The notes under the pieces are model-generated. The model saw only the letters and a program-made list of their open reading frames with translations. It had not been told where the DNA came from and did no database searches. This document shows positions 39,838 to 50,372 of a stretch of DNA of 64,000 nucleotides, in pieces (position 1 is the first letter of the stretch; each line of letters opens with the position of its first letter). Source of the stretch: an uncultured Chloroflexia bacterium (GTDB taxonomy: Bacteria; Chloroflexota; Dehalococcoidia; DSTF01; JALHUB01); the NCBI GenBank assembly GCA_963835655.1, contig CAWIGJ010000003.1:1314281-1378280 (forward strand), read 5' to 3'. The translations under genes and the position numbers were made by a program.

Positions 39838-41154
39838 CTATGCCGCCTTCGTCAGCAAACGCCGCTCCAGCTCTCGACCGAGGCGTACATGCCGCTGGAC
39901 CGGCGTGAGACTCTCCAGCCCCTGCCGCAGGAAGCCTTCGATGATCGCTTGGGTCGCGTCCTCGCGGGTGAGGCCCCGCGACATCATGTAATAGAGCTGT
40001 TCCTCATCGACCGAGCTAACGGTGACCCCGTGGCTGCATCGCGCTACGTCGTGCGCCTCTATTTCTAGCACGGGAATCGACGCCACCCGAGCGCTTTCAC
40101 CTAAGAGAAGGTTACGGCTGGTCTGATTGGCGTCGCTCTCAGCGGCCCCCTTGTGGATGCGGGTGAGACCATTCCAGATGAGATGCGCGCTGTCCTTCAA
40201 GACCGATTTGAAGAGAAGGTCGCTCGTCGTGCTCGGCGCCAGGTGGTCCTGGAGAGTCGAACAGCTCATATGCTGTGCGTCTCCGGCCAGGAACAGGCCG
40301 ACGATCTTTGCGTTCGCGCCCGATGCCCGGAGCGTCGCGGTTACATCATCCTTCGTCACGTGGCCGCCGCTGCCGATGAGGCCAAGCTCCAGCCGGCTAC
40401 CGCCTTCCAGGACCGCACGGATAGCCGAGAAGCTGTTGACATTCTTCCCCCAGTCCTGGACGCGGACGTAACGAACCGTGGCTTCGTCGCGCGCCAGGAT
40501 CTCGACGACACTGCTGCTGAGGCTCTCCCGGCTCGCATCGGGCGAAACGTGCTCTTCGATGAGCGTCACGCTGCTGCCCTCCTCGGCCACAATCAGAGTG
40601 TGCGGGAAGACGGCGACGCCATCCTCGCTAACGCCGATGCCCGCATGCAGTGGGACGTTCACCCGAACGCCGGCCGGGACGTGCAGGAAGACCCCGCCTC
40701 GCCAGAGCGCAGCATGCAACGCAACAAGTTTCCAGGCAGTGGGCTGCACCGCTTCAGTCATGAAGCAGGCGCGAAAGAGCTCGGGGTGGTCCTGGGCCGC
40801 CAGTTGCAGGTCGCTGAAGATGACCCCCTGCCGTTCCAGTTCTATGTCCAGTTGGCGGCTAGAAGTGACACCATCGGTCTGGACAATGTCACCATCATAG
40901 CCATTCTTCGCGCCACGCATGAGCAGGGGCGCGGAAAAGTATGTCACGGCGCCGGGGAACAGCCGCACGTTTTCGAGATTGAGCACGCCGAGGTCCATCC
41001 GGCGCCAGTCTTCCTCAAGGCCGGTGGGCGGCAGCATGTCCTCGTACAGACGCCAGGCCTCGAGACGGTTCCGCAACAGCCAGGAAGGCTCCTCGCGACG
41101 CGCCGAGAGTTCCTCTATCGCCTGCCGCTCACGAAGAGGAATTGAGTCGATCAT
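39838..41154 (-). CDS. sufD: Fe-S assembly protein SufD
   Basis: EDWR, LEIEAHDVARCSHG, LYYMMSRG. Confidence 0.93.
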   Translation of the reverse strand: MIDSIPLRERQAIEELSARREEPSWLLRNRLEAWRLYEDMLPPTGLEEDWRRMDLGVLNLENVRLFPGAVTYFSAPLLMRGAKNGYDGDIVQTDGVTSSRQLDIELERQGVIFSDLQLAAQDHPELFRACFMTEAVQPTAWKLVALHAALWRGGVFLHVPAGVRVNVPLHAGIGVSEDGVAVFPHTLIVAEEGSSVTLIEEHVSPDASRESLSSSVVEILARDEATVRYVRVQDWGKNVNSFSAIRAVLEGGSRLELGLIGSGGHVTKDDVTATLRASGANAKIVGLFLAGDAQHMSCSTLQDHLAPSTTSDLLFKSVLKDSAHLIWNGLTRIHKGAAESDANQTSRNLLLGESARVASIPVLEIEAHDVARCSHGVTVSSVDEEQLYYMMSRGLTREDATQAIIEGFLRQGLESLTPVQRHVRLGRELERRLLTKAA

Positions 41155-41159
41155 CCTCG

Positions 41160-42566
41160 CTACCCTATCGACCCTTCCAGTTGCAGCTCGATAAGACGGT
41201 TCAGCTCCACGGCGTACTCCATCGGCAGCTCCTTGACAACCGGCTCGACGAAGCCGTTGACAATCATCTTCGTCGCCTCCTGCTCGTCGATGCCGCGGCT
41301 CTGAAGATAGAAGAGCTGCTCCTCGCTGACCTTGCTGACGCTCGCCTCGTGAGTGATCGTAGCGTCCCGCTCGTCGATCTCCATTGTCGGATAGGTGTCA
41401 GAGCGTGAGTCAGCGTCGAGGAGAAGAGCGTCGCAGCGAACGCTAGAGCGAACGCCTTTTGAACCGTGATACACCCGCACCAGACCACGATAGCTCGCCC
41501 GACCGCCGTCCTTACTGACGGACTTCGAGGTTATGACCGACGTGGTGTACGGCGCAGCATGCACCGCCTTGGCGCCGGCATCCTGGTGCTGTCCGCGCCC
41601 AGCGAAGCTCAACGAAAGGACCTCGCCGCGGGCGCCTGGTTCCATGAGATAAACGGCCGGATACTTCATCGTCACTCCGCTGCCGAGGTTGCCGTCGACC
41701 CATTCGACAATGGCGTCCTCGTAGGCGACGGAGCGCTTGGTCACGAGGTTGTAGACGTTGTTCGACCAGTTCTGCACCGTGCTGTAGCGCACGCGCGCCC
41801 CCTTCTTGACGATGACCTCGACGACGGCGGCGTGAAGCGAATTCGTGGTGTAGATCGGCGCCGTACAGCCTTCGATGTAATGGACGAAGCTGCCGGGCTC
41901 GGCGATGATGAGCGTCCGCTCGAACTGGCCGATGTTCTCAGCGTTGATGCGGAAGTAGGCCTGGAGCGGTATGTCGACGTGCACACCCTCCGGGACGTAG
42001 ATAAAGCTGCCGCCGCTCCAGACGGCGCTGTTCAGGGCGGCGAACTTGTTATCGGCGGGCGGGACAACTGTGCCGAAATAGCGCTGCACCAGCTCCGGAT
42101 TCTCGCGGACGGCTGTATCGGTGTCGGAGAAGATGACGCCCTGCTTCGAGAGCTCCTCGCGAATGTTGTGATAGACAGTCTCCGAGTCGTACTGGGCGCC
42201 GATGCCCGCCAGGAACTTGCGCTCCGCCTCCGGAATGCCAAGCCGGTCGAAGGTCTGCCGAATATAGTCGGGGACCTCGCTCCAGTCGCGCTCAGCGCGT
42301 TCACTGGCGCGGGCGTAGTAATACATATCGTTCAGATTGATGGCCGAGAGGTCCGGCCCCCAAGTAGGCATTGGCTTGCTCTCGAAGATCTCGAGAGCGC
42401 GCAGCCGCAGGTCGCGCATCCACTGCGGCTCTTCCTTGATGCCGGCAATCTCCTCGACGACCTTGCGCGAAAGCCCTCTCTCCGTACGAAAAAGGTACCG
42501 CGCTTCATCGTGGAAGCCCCACTCATAATTATCCGGCGCTATGTCCCTGACCTTCTGATCGGTCAT
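41160..42566 (-). CDS. sufB: Fe-S assembly protein SufB
   Basis: [41 protein letters not shown]. Confidence 0.97.
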   Translation of the reverse strand: MTDQKVRDIAPDNYEWGFHDEARYLFRTERGLSRKVVEEIAGIKEEPQWMRDLRLRALEIFESKPMPTWGPDLSAINLNDMYYYARASERAERDWSEVPDYIRQTFDRLGIPEAERKFLAGIGAQYDSETVYHNIREELSKQGVIFSDTDTAVRENPELVQRYFGTVVPPADNKFAALNSAVWSGGSFIYVPEGVHVDIPLQAYFRINAENIGQFERTLIIAEPGSFVHYIEGCTAPIYTTNSLHAAVVEVIVKKGARVRYSTVQNWSNNVYNLVTKRSVAYEDAIVEWVDGNLGSGVTMKYPAVYLMEPGARGEVLSLSFAGRGQHQDAGAKAVHAAPYTTSVITSKSVSKDGGRASYRGLVRVYHGSKGVRSSVRCDALLLDADSRSDTYPTMEIDERDATITHEASVSKVSEEQLFYLQSRGIDEQEATKMIVNGFVEPVVKELPMEYAVELNRLIELQLEGSIG

Positions 42567-43321
42567 GACGCCACCTCACCGGTGATGCGCTCATAGCCCT
42601 CGGCCTCCAGCTCGCGCGCCAACTCCGGTCCGCCCGACTTGATGATCCGTCCGTCGAAGAGGACGTGGACGAAGCCCGGATGCACGTAGTCGAGGATCCG
42701 CTGGTAGTGAGTTATGACAATCATGGCCCGGTCCTCGTTCATGAGGCTATTGACGCCCTCGGCGACCGTGCGCAGGGCATCGATGTCGAGGCCAGAGTCT
42801 GTTTCGTCGAGGATTGCGAGTTCAGGCTGGAGGATGCCCATCTGGAGCACCTCGGCCCGCTTCATCTCGCCGCCGGAAAAGCCGTCGTTGATGTAACGGC
42901 GCGCAAAGTCTTCATCTATCTTCAGCATTGCCATCGTCTCGCGAAGCATGCTGCGGAATTCTCGGACAGGCACGTCGCTACCGCGCACGGCGCGCAGGGC
43001 CGAGCGCAGAAAGTTGACCATCGTAACGCCGGGAATAGCTCGCGGATACTGGAAGGCGAGGAAGAGACCGCGTCGCGCCCTTTCGTCTGGTGAGAGGTGG
43101 GTTACGTCTTCGCCCTTGAAGAGAACGCGCCCCTTGGTCACCTGGTAACGCGGGTGGCCCATGATGGCGTTAGCGAGCGTGCTCTTGCCGGAGGCGTTCG
43201 GGCCCATTATGGCGTGCACTTCGCCGCGGTTGACGGCAAGATTGAGACCCTTAACGATCTCCTTGCCCTCAACGCTTACGTGCAGGTTGTCTATCTGGAA
43301 CAGCGGCCTTTTCACCAGCAT
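42563..43321 (-). CDS. sufC: Fe-S assembly ATPase SufC
   Basis: [32 protein letters not shown]. Confidence 0.97.
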   Translation of the reverse strand: MLVKRPLFQIDNLHVSVEGKEIVKGLNLAVNRGEVHAIMGPNASGKSTLANAIMGHPRYQVTKGRVLFKGEDVTHLSPDERARRGLFLAFQYPRAIPGVTMVNFLRSALRAVRGSDVPVREFRSMLRETMAMLKIDEDFARRYINDGFSGGEMKRAEVLQMGILQPELAILDETDSGLDIDALRTVAEGVNSLMNEDRAMIVITHYQRILDYVHPGFVHVLFDGRIIKSGGPELARELEAEGYERITGEVAS

Positions 43322-43341
43322 CCCCTTAGCTTCCGTAGGAG

Positions 43342-43392
43342 GTAGGCTTCTTACCTACTAAAACTATAGGATGCGTTGAAGCTGATTGTCAA
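43342..43392 (-). promoter_or_regulatory. suf promoter with a downstream inverted repeat
   Basis: Minus strand TTGACA-N18-TATAGT, then GTAGG-TAAGAAG-CCTAC near the expected start site. Confidence 0.5.
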
Positions 43393-43518
43393 GGCTTAAT
43401 GGCTTTTTATGCTGGTTTTGCACGCAAATGCCAAACAGGCAAGACGGCAGAGAAAACAAGAGCCGCGGACGTTGCTAGCGGTCCGCGGCCCCAGTTACCG
43501 TCTGCGGGATCGCGAGCC

Positions 43519-44346
43519 TTACGGCGCGCGCGACTCCATGATTTTCGCTAGAGACTCTATGTTCACTGCCGATGACGCGCCTTCTGGAAGCATAGTCATC
43601 ACCATCAGAATAACGCCGCCCTTCTTGAAGACGTCCATATCGAAAGAGAGTGAGGTCGGCGTCTGCTGTCCTGTATCCTCAGTCAGGCCACCGAGAGCCT
43701 GAGCCAGGCCGCTCATGTCCATCACCATGTGCATGCTGACGCCGCCGTCGCCAAGACTGATCTTGTCCACGCTGAGCTCTTTGAACTCGATCCCCATCAC
43801 GGAGGCGCCACCCATGGCCTGCTGCAGGTCATCCGTTGTCACCTGATCTAGCTTGGAGAGCTGCTCGTCGTACTGATCGAGAGCGTCCTGGGACATTGTC
43901 ATCGCCGCAGAGACGATCGTAGGCGTCATCTCGGACGCGTTCGGGTCGCCTTCCGAGAAGGTGCGGAGGGCCATCGTGGCCTCGCCGCCACCCGGCATGG
44001 TCGTAGTGAAGCCCTCGTCATCGCCGACGCTGGCAAACGTGCTGGGCAGATCGGTGTCGGCGAGTAGCATGGAGGCGAGCTGCGGGTCAGCCGCCTCTGG
44101 CGTGGCATCCGAGCTGCCACCGAACATGCCGCCGGTGAGGAAGCTCAGCGATTCCAGCGCGCCAGCGGAGTCGCCGCTATCCGCCCCTGCCGTCGCCGCC
44201 TCTGTCGGCGCCGCATTGGTTGCAGACACCGTCGCGGCGGGCTTCTGGTTCTGATTCTGGTCCGAGGTCGACTGCTGGCCCGAGCCGCAACCGACAGTTA
44301 GGACAACGGCCAGAATGGCGAAGATTGCGGTCAGCTTCTTGAACAT
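43519..44346 (-). CDS. Lipoprotein of unknown function (paralog 1)
   Basis: AAAGGAG SD; MFKKLTAIFAILAVVLTVG-C lipobox; ADPQLASMLLADTDLP...SFDMDVFKKG. Confidence 0.8.
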   Translation of the reverse strand: MFKKLTAIFAILAVVLTVGCGSGQQSTSDQNQNQKPAATVSATNAAPTEAATAGADSGDSAGALESLSFLTGGMFGGSSDATPEAADPQLASMLLADTDLPSTFASVGDDEGFTTTMPGGGEATMALRTFSEGDPNASEMTPTIVSAAMTMSQDALDQYDEQLSKLDQVTTDDLQQAMGGASVMGIEFKELSVDKISLGDGGVSMHMVMDMSGLAQALGGLTEDTGQQTPTSLSFDMDVFKKGGVILMVMTMLPEGASSAVNIESLAKIMESRAP

Positions 44347-44497
44347 TAGCGTTCTCCTTTCACGCGGCGGCCCGGGACTCGTCCGAGTCCTGGGCATTGT
44401 GGCAGTCGTAGAGATAGTCGTCAATAACGCGAAAAGCCGAAGCCGACCCTGCGAACCGGGATGGTCTGCTGTTTCGAAAATGTGGTTAGCGGACTTC

Positions 44498-45430
44498 TCA
44501 CGATCGCTCGTCCATTGTCCTGGCGAGTTGCAGCGCGTCGAGAGGACAGGTTTCGGTGCCCATGCAGTTAACGTGTACCGCATAGGCCCTGGAGCCGCGC
44601 TTGAAGAAGTAGCTATCGAAGCTAATGCCCTCGATATCTCCCGAAGTCTGGAGAAACATGTGTATGCCGACGCCTGACTCGCCGAGACCGTCCACTTCAA
44701 AGGCCCGGCACTCAGTCATCCTATCTCCTTCCGGATCAGGCTCGACGGCTTCGGCCATGCCCTGCACACAGTCACCGCTTCCTCCGACAAGCTTGAATAG
44801 GTTTTCCACGCCGGCCTCCGCGCTCGACGGCATGTCGATGGCGACGGCAGAGACCATGGCAGCGTCCATGTCAGAATCATCCGCCGGGCCGAAGAAGCGC
44901 AGGGCAACGCTAAGCGGTCCGTCGGCGGAAGCAACATTGCCGGTCTTGTCGATCATCGCCTCGTATCCCGGCAAGTCACTCACCGACAGAAGAGCTGAGG
45001 CAACGTCCGGATCGGCCTCGCCGGACAGGATGGCGGTCAGGCCTTCCTGCGACATTGAACCGGTGTCCGACGAAGCGTCCTCGCTTCCTCCAAACAACAT
45101 GCCCAGCAACAGCAACGTCGGCTGGAACGTCCAGAGCAGGCCAACGGTCAGTTGATCGGCCGGTATCTCGCTTGGGTCATTGGCTGTCTGTAGAGCGGCG
45201 AAAGCTTCAGAGGCTGTGTCAGTAACCGTGAGAGGCGGCGAAGGCGGCCCGGCGGTCGCCGCAGACGCGACCGTAGCCGCAGCCGTGGGAAGGGCTGTAG
45301 CGACTGCGTCTGTCATCGGCGTCCCTGTCTTGACCTTTGGTGGCGCCACCTTGCCCGGGCCGCAACCAATCGCAAAGGCCGCCAGCAAACCGCAGGCCAC
45401 CGGCAGTAGAAGCTGACTGTTCTTTCGCAT
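44498..45430 (-). CDS. Lipoprotein of unknown function (paralog 2)
   Basis: AFAIG-C lipobox; ADPDVASALLSVSDLP...SFDSYFFKRG. Confidence 0.78.
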   Translation of the reverse strand: MRKNSQLLLPVACGLLAAFAIGCGPGKVAPPKVKTGTPMTDAVATALPTAAATVASAATAGPPSPPLTVTDTASEAFAALQTANDPSEIPADQLTVGLLWTFQPTLLLLGMLFGGSEDASSDTGSMSQEGLTAILSGEADPDVASALLSVSDLPGYEAMIDKTGNVASADGPLSVALRFFGPADDSDMDAAMVSAVAIDMPSSAEAGVENLFKLVGGSGDCVQGMAEAVEPDPEGDRMTECRAFEVDGLGESGVGIHMFLQTSGDIEGISFDSYFFKRGSRAYAVHVNCMGTETCPLDALQLARTMDERS

Positions 45431-45521
45431 GGTCTCGCACACCTGTCGTATGCGTTATCTCTTCTGCACGTATCATCGTCAGAGATTGTAATATCGGTAG
45501 CCCTCCGGCAGCACGGCAGTG

Positions 45522-45553
45522 AAAAGGCCGCAGGTGAGATGCCTGCGGCCTTT
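45522..45553. terminator. Terminator after arsM
   Basis: AAAAGGCCGCAGGT-GAGAT-GCCTGCGGCCTTT. Confidence 0.65.
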
Positions 45554-45574
45554 CGAAATCAATATGATGTCGGG

Positions 45575-46390
45575 CTATTTCTTCTTCGAGGCGGAGACGT
45601 AGGCGCTGAAGATGCTGCCGTCGGGCGCCGTGCCCTCCTTCGGCTCAAGCAGCACCCCCTCGAAGCCGGCGGCGCGAAGCTTCTCCGCGTAGTCGGCCTC
45701 CGTCAGCGCGCCGGCGACGCAGGCGGTCCAGCTCTGAAGGTCCTTCCGTTCCTGCTCCGTCGGCTCGCGCGCGAAGACGATATCCGATGCCCGCAGCCGT
45801 CCGCCCGGCTTCAGCACGCGTGCCGCCTCGCGGAAGACAGCGTCTTTGTCTGGCGAGAGGTTGATGACGCAGTTCGAGATGATGACGTTGAACGACCCGT
45901 CAGCGAAGGGCATCTCCTCCATCTCGCCGAGGCGGAACCGTACGTTTTCGGCGCCGACGCGTCCGGCGTTGCGACGGGCAAGTTGAATCATGTCGGCGCT
46001 CATGTCGAGTCCGACGACCTTGCCCTTCGGCCCCACCTTCTGTGCCGCCAGAAAGCAGTCGAGGCCGCCGCCGCTGCCGAGGTCGAGCACCGATTCTCCT
46101 TCGTGCAGCCCTGCAATGGCGGTCGGGTTGCCGCAGCCAAGCGAGGTGAGGACGTCTTCGAGCAGATCGCGCAACTCGTCTTCGGAGTAGAGAGCGCCGG
46201 CGACGTTGGCGTCGGCGAGGGCGTCGCTGGTCTCGCCGCAACAGGAGCAGCTCGACGCTTCAACGGCCGGCGCCGGGCCGCAGCAGGACGACGAGGCCGT
46301 CTCCTGGAGGGCCGCGAGTCGGCGCTGGGCGTGCAGGCTGTAGCGCCTCAGGACCGCGCGCTTGATGTCTTCGGGATTGTTCTCCGCCAT
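45575..46390 (-). CDS. arsM: Arsenite methyltransferase ArsM
   Basis: [40 protein letters not shown]; Cys-rich N-terminus (SCCG, CSCCG). Confidence 0.9.
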   Translation of the reverse strand: MAENNPEDIKRAVLRRYSLHAQRRLAALQETASSSCCGPAPAVEASSCSCCGETSDALADANVAGALYSEDELRDLLEDVLTSLGCGNPTAIAGLHEGESVLDLGSGGGLDCFLAAQKVGPKGKVVGLDMSADMIQLARRNAGRVGAENVRFRLGEMEEMPFADGSFNVIISNCVINLSPDKDAVFREAARVLKPGGRLRASDIVFAREPTEQERKDLQSWTACVAGALTEADYAEKLRAAGFEGVLLEPKEGTAPDGSIFSAYVSASKKK

Positions 46391-46436
46391 TGTGGTTCTC
46401 CTTTCGGCCTCTTCATTGGCCGCGTCTGGACGGCGA

Positions 46437-46865
46437 TTACTTCTCGATCCTTTCGGGCCCACAGCAGCCGTCAACGTTCGCCTGCTTGTCTGACGGCTTC
46501 AGGGCTGCGTCGACGGCCCGGTTGAGCGGCCCGAGCATATGCTGCCAGGCGGTTGCGCCGGCACGATACGCCTCTTCGCCCTTGTCCGTCAGGCGGCAGA
46601 CCTTCCGCGTCCGTCCCGCGACTACCTCGCCCCGGCAATCGACGTAGCCGCCGTCGACCATCTCGCGCAGGGTGGGATATATCATCGCGTCTGTCGGGTC
46701 GCAGCAGCCGGCGCAGGCGTTACGGATAGTGCGGGCGAGTTCGTAGCCGTGCATCGGCCGCTCGTGGAGGGCATAGAGCAGGAAGAAGCGCTGCACGCCG
46801 CGGCTGATCAGCATCTCCCAATAGTCGATGCCGCGCGCCTCCACTGCCGTCCGTTTTGCTTCCAC
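46437..46865 (-). CDS. PadR family regulator with Cys-Cys pairs
   Basis: PMHGYEL, IYPTLREM, GRTRKVCRLTDKG; CAGCC and GCCG. Start moved to GTG 46865 because the tracked TTG is the -35 box. Confidence 0.88.
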   Translation of the reverse strand: MEAKRTAVEARGIDYWEMLISRGVQRFFLLYALHERPMHGYELARTIRNACAGCCDPTDAMIYPTLREMVDGGYVDCRGEVVAGRTRKVCRLTDKGEEAYRAGATAWQHMLGPLNRAVDAALKPSDKQANVDGCCGPERIEK

Positions 46866-46884
46866 AATACCTATCCTCGCTACA

Positions 46885-46913
46885 TATATAGCCCGAATAG
46901 CTATTCCTGTCAA
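46885..46913 (-). promoter_or_regulatory. Promoter/operator of padR-arsM
   Basis: Minus strand TTGACA-N17-TATATA, with the perfect palindrome GAATAGCTATTC (46895-46906) in the spacer. Confidence 0.7.
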
Positions 46914-46957
46914 GTGAGAGAACGAGGATTATCGGAGGATTCTTTCGATACCCGAGG

Positions 46958-48148
46958 CTAGATGACGGCGGAGCGACGAAGGTCCGCGATCTCAGCATCG
47001 CTGAGGCCAAGGAGGTCGCGCAGCACCTCGTCGGTGTGCTCCCCCAGCGCCGGGGACGCGCCGCGAATACGGCCCGGCGTCCGCGACAGCTTCACGGGCG
47101 TGTCCGGCAGCGGCAGCTTCCCTATCACCGGATGCTCCACTTCGACCAGCATCCCTCGCGCCCCCACCTGCGCCTGCTTCGCTGCCTGAGCGATGTTGTT
47201 TAGGGGCCCGCATGGCAGCCCGATGGCATCGAACTCGCGCAGCCATTCCGCCGCCGTCTTCCGGCGCATCGCTTCGATCAACAGCGGCTCCAGCTCGTCG
47301 TGATGCTCTGTGCGCAGGGCCGGCGTGTCGAAACGCGGGTCGTCGATGAGGTCGAGCCGGCCGATAGTGGCGCAGTAAAGCTCCCACTGGTTCTCGACAC
47401 CCCAGCTCAGGGCTAGGACGATGTAGCCGTCCTTGGTCGGGAATGCCTGGAAGGGCGTCGCGGCCGGATGGCGCGTTCCCAGCGGCCTCGGCACCTCGCC
47501 GGTCACAAAGTAGCGGATGAATGCGTTTTCCAGGATCGATATCTGGCAGTCGAGCATCGACACGTCGACCATCTGGCCACGACCGCTGCGCTCGCGCTCG
47601 TGCAGCGCCGCCAGAATGCCGATGGCCGTAAACAATCCACCCGTGATATCACCCAGCGACGCGCCGGGCCGGACCGGCGGACCATCGGGCTCGCCCGTGA
47701 TGCTCATGATGCCGCCCATGCCCTGCACGACTACGTCGAGCGCCGGACGGAAGCGTTCCGGACCCGTCTGTCCGAAGCCGGAAGTCGCGGCATAGACAAG
47801 GCGAGGGTTTCGCTCGCGCAGCTTCGGATAATCGAGGCGCAGGCGCTCCATCGTGCCGGGCGTGAAGTTCTCCATGACGACATCGACCTTCTCGACGAGG
47901 CGCAAGAAGAGGTCGCGGCCACGCCTAGACTTGAGGTCCAGCGTTATGCTGCGTTTGCCACGGTTCACACTGAAGAAGTAGGCGCTCTCGCCGTTGACGA
48001 TCGGTGCCGTCCTTCGTGACACGTCGCCGACGCCGGGCCGCTCCACCTTTATGACGTCAGCGCCGAGGTCGCAGAGGACCATGCTCGCGAACGGGCCTGC
48101 CAGCACCCAGGTCAGATCGAGGACGTTGACACCTTCAAGCGGTCCCAT
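46958..48148 (-). CDS. Family III CoA-transferase (CaiB/BaiF)
   Basis: GPLEGVNVLDL..VLAGPF, LGADVIKVE, NRGKRSI, ENFTPG, SGFGQTGP. Confidence 0.95.
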   Translation of the reverse strand: MGPLEGVNVLDLTWVLAGPFASMVLCDLGADVIKVERPGVGDVSRRTAPIVNGESAYFFSVNRGKRSITLDLKSRRGRDLFLRLVEKVDVVMENFTPGTMERLRLDYPKLRERNPRLVYAATSGFGQTGPERFRPALDVVVQGMGGIMSITGEPDGPPVRPGASLGDITGGLFTAIGILAALHERERSGRGQMVDVSMLDCQISILENAFIRYFVTGEVPRPLGTRHPAATPFQAFPTKDGYIVLALSWGVENQWELYCATIGRLDLIDDPRFDTPALRTEHHDELEPLLIEAMRRKTAAEWLREFDAIGLPCGPLNNIAQAAKQAQVGARGMLVEVEHPVIGKLPLPDTPVKLSRTPGRIRGASPALGEHTDEVLRDLLGLSDAEIADLRRSAVI

Positions 48149-48277
48149 AGCCACCTCCCTCTTGCCGTGCTGCCCGCAGTGTGGCATCGGTTGCGAGCCT
48201 CGGTCAACGAGGCTGTTGATCCAGATGGCAAAGGCGGTATGATTCCCTCGATCCTGCATTTCATTCGAGGTGAAGCG

Positions 48278-49582
48278 ATGGCTGAAATCGACTGGGATCG
48301 AGCGACGCGCGAGGCAACCGACCTGCTCTGTCGCTATATCCGCGTCAACACAGCCAATCCACCAGGAAACGAGGCTCTTGCCGCCCGCTTCCTTGCCGAC
48401 GTTCTCGCCGAGAACGGCATCGAGAGCGAGATCTACCCGGTCGACACGAACCGCGCAAACATGTCGGCCCGCCTCAAGGGCGACGGCAGTAAGCGACCGC
48501 TCGTCCTCCTCAATCATATGGACGTCGTGCCGGCCGAGCGCGAGTTCTGGCAGGAGGACCCTTTCGCCGGCGTCGTCAAGGCCAGCGTCATCTGGGGACG
48601 CGGCGCCCTCGATATGAAGTCGATGGCCGTGATGGAGTTGCTGACGCTACTCCTCTTGAAGCGCCGGGGCCTGCCCCTCAAGCGCCACGTCATCTTCCTC
48701 GCCTGCGCCGACGAGGAGCAGGGCGGCATCAACGGCATCGACTGGATAGACGCGCATCATCCCGACCTGCTCGACGTCGAGTACGTCATCAACGAGGGCG
48801 GCTACGGCATGGCCGAGATGTTCGGTGTCCGGCGTCCAGTCTTCTCCTGCTCTGTCGGTGAGAAAGGGCCGCTATGGCTGCGGCTCCGCGCGCATGGAAC
48901 GCCGGGCCACGGCTCTATGCCCCACGACGACAACTGCATCGACCGCCTGGTCCGCGCCCTTCAGAGGATCCAGGACTGGCGCCGCCCGATCACGCTTCTG
49001 CCGGAGGTGGCAACAATGTTGGAGCGGCTGAGAGAAGTTGGCATCTTCCCACATGACGTCTCGGAGAAGTCGCTGGAGAAGGTTGCGGCGGACAATCCCA
49101 TGTTGGGCGCTCTTCTGACGGACACAGTCAGCGCGAACGTCTTTCAGGCCGGCGTGAAATCGAACGTCATTCCCGCTGTCGCCGAAGCCACGCTTGACTG
49201 CCGCCTCCTGCCCGGTCACGATCCCGCCGGTTTCATCGAGCAGGTGCGGCAGGTGATCGACGACCCGGCGGTTGAGATCGAACAGATCATGGAGTCGCAC
49301 ACGCCCATCTCGCCGGTCGACACGGAGCTTTTCCGGGTCGTCGATGAGGTCAGCCGCGAGGCAGTGCCAAAGGCCGTCGTGGTGCCTTCGATAGCGACCG
49401 GCTTCACCGACTCCCGCGTCTTCCGGCGACGCGGTGTGACAGCCTACGGCGTCGCTCTGTCTCTTCTCGAGACGGCGGAGATCGCGACCGTGCACGGCAA
49501 TGACGAGCGCATCCCCATTGAGAAGCTTGGGTTAGGGTTGCGCATGCTGTTCGAGATGGTCAGGCGCATGTGCGTCGAATAG
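48278..49582 (+). CDS. M20/M25/M40 metallo-hydrolase
   Basis: LNHMDVVP, GRGALDMK, DEE, GHGS, HGNDERI. Confidence 0.94.
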   Translation: MAEIDWDRATREATDLLCRYIRVNTANPPGNEALAARFLADVLAENGIESEIYPVDTNRANMSARLKGDGSKRPLVLLNHMDVVPAEREFWQEDPFAGVVKASVIWGRGALDMKSMAVMELLTLLLLKRRGLPLKRHVIFLACADEEQGGINGIDWIDAHHPDLLDVEYVINEGGYGMAEMFGVRRPVFSCSVGEKGPLWLRLRAHGTPGHGSMPHDDNCIDRLVRALQRIQDWRRPITLLPEVATMLERLREVGIFPHDVSEKSLEKVAADNPMLGALLTDTVSANVFQAGVKSNVIPAVAEATLDCRLLPGHDPAGFIEQVRQVIDDPAVEIEQIMESHTPISPVDTELFRVVDEVSREAVPKAVVVPSIATGFTDSRVFRRRGVTAYGVALSLLETAEIATVHGNDERIPIEKLGLGLRMLFEMVRRMCVE

Positions 49583-49616
49583 CTGAATAACGAATCCATC
49601 GATAGAAGGAGGAGAT

Positions 49617-50366
49617 ATGAAGCCGGACGAGATAAAGAACATAGGCATCATGGGCGGCGGTGTAATGGGAGGAGGCATAGCGCAGGTGCTGGCCGTCGCC
49701 GGCTACCAGCCCCTGATACGCGACCTGACTCAGGACCTGCTGGACAAGACGCGGGCGACCATCGTTGAAGGGCGGTTCGGGCTCAAGGGCGGCGTCGAGC
49801 GCGGGAAGCTGTCGCAGCCGGAGATGGATGCCGCGCTCTCGCGCATCTCCTTCACGACCGAGATGGCGGACCTCCGCGACGTCGACCTGCTAATCGAGGC
49901 CGTGCCAGAGGACCTGGAACTGAAGCGAAAGGTTTTCGCCGAGCTCGATAGCCTGATCCGGCCGGAAGCCATATTCGCCACCAATACCTCCGGCTTCCCC
50001 GTCGGCGATCTCAGTCAGGCCGTCTCGCGGAAGGAGCGCTTCGGTGGGATGCACTGGTTCAGCCCCGTGCCGGCGATGAAGCTGGTAGAGGTCATCTACA
50101 CGCCGGACACTTCGGAGGAGACGGTGGCCGGTATCGAATTCGTCGGCCAGAAGGCGGGCAAGGTGACCGTGCGCGTGAAGGACGCTCCAGGCAGATACGG
50201 CTTCATCGCCAACCGCATCTACTACGCCGCGGTGGCCGAGGCGCGGAAGGTGCTCGAGGAGGGCGTGGCCAGCGCGGACGACATCAACAAGGCGATGGTA
50301 TACGGCTTCAACTGGCCGGTTGGCCCGCTGGCCATGAGCGCCGGCGCCCGTAGCGGCTGGGGCTAG
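49617..50366 (+). CDS. 3-hydroxyacyl-CoA dehydrogenase family protein
   Basis: GGGVMGGGIA, EAVPE, TNTS, GMHWFSP, GFIANR, DINKAM. Confidence 0.93.
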   Translation: MKPDEIKNIGIMGGGVMGGGIAQVLAVAGYQPLIRDLTQDLLDKTRATIVEGRFGLKGGVERGKLSQPEMDAALSRISFTTEMADLRDVDLLIEAVPEDLELKRKVFAELDSLIRPEAIFATNTSGFPVGDLSQAVSRKERFGGMHWFSPVPAMKLVEVIYTPDTSEETVAGIEFVGQKAGKVTVRVKDAPGRYGFIANRIYYAAVAEARKVLEEGVASADDINKAMVYGFNWPVGPLAMSAGARSGWG

Positions 50367-50372
50367 GCAGTC

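Noticed and set aside
45488-45520. ACCGATAT sigma-28-like -10 upstream of the lipoprotein pair
   Set aside because: No TAAA-like -35 at the required spacing.
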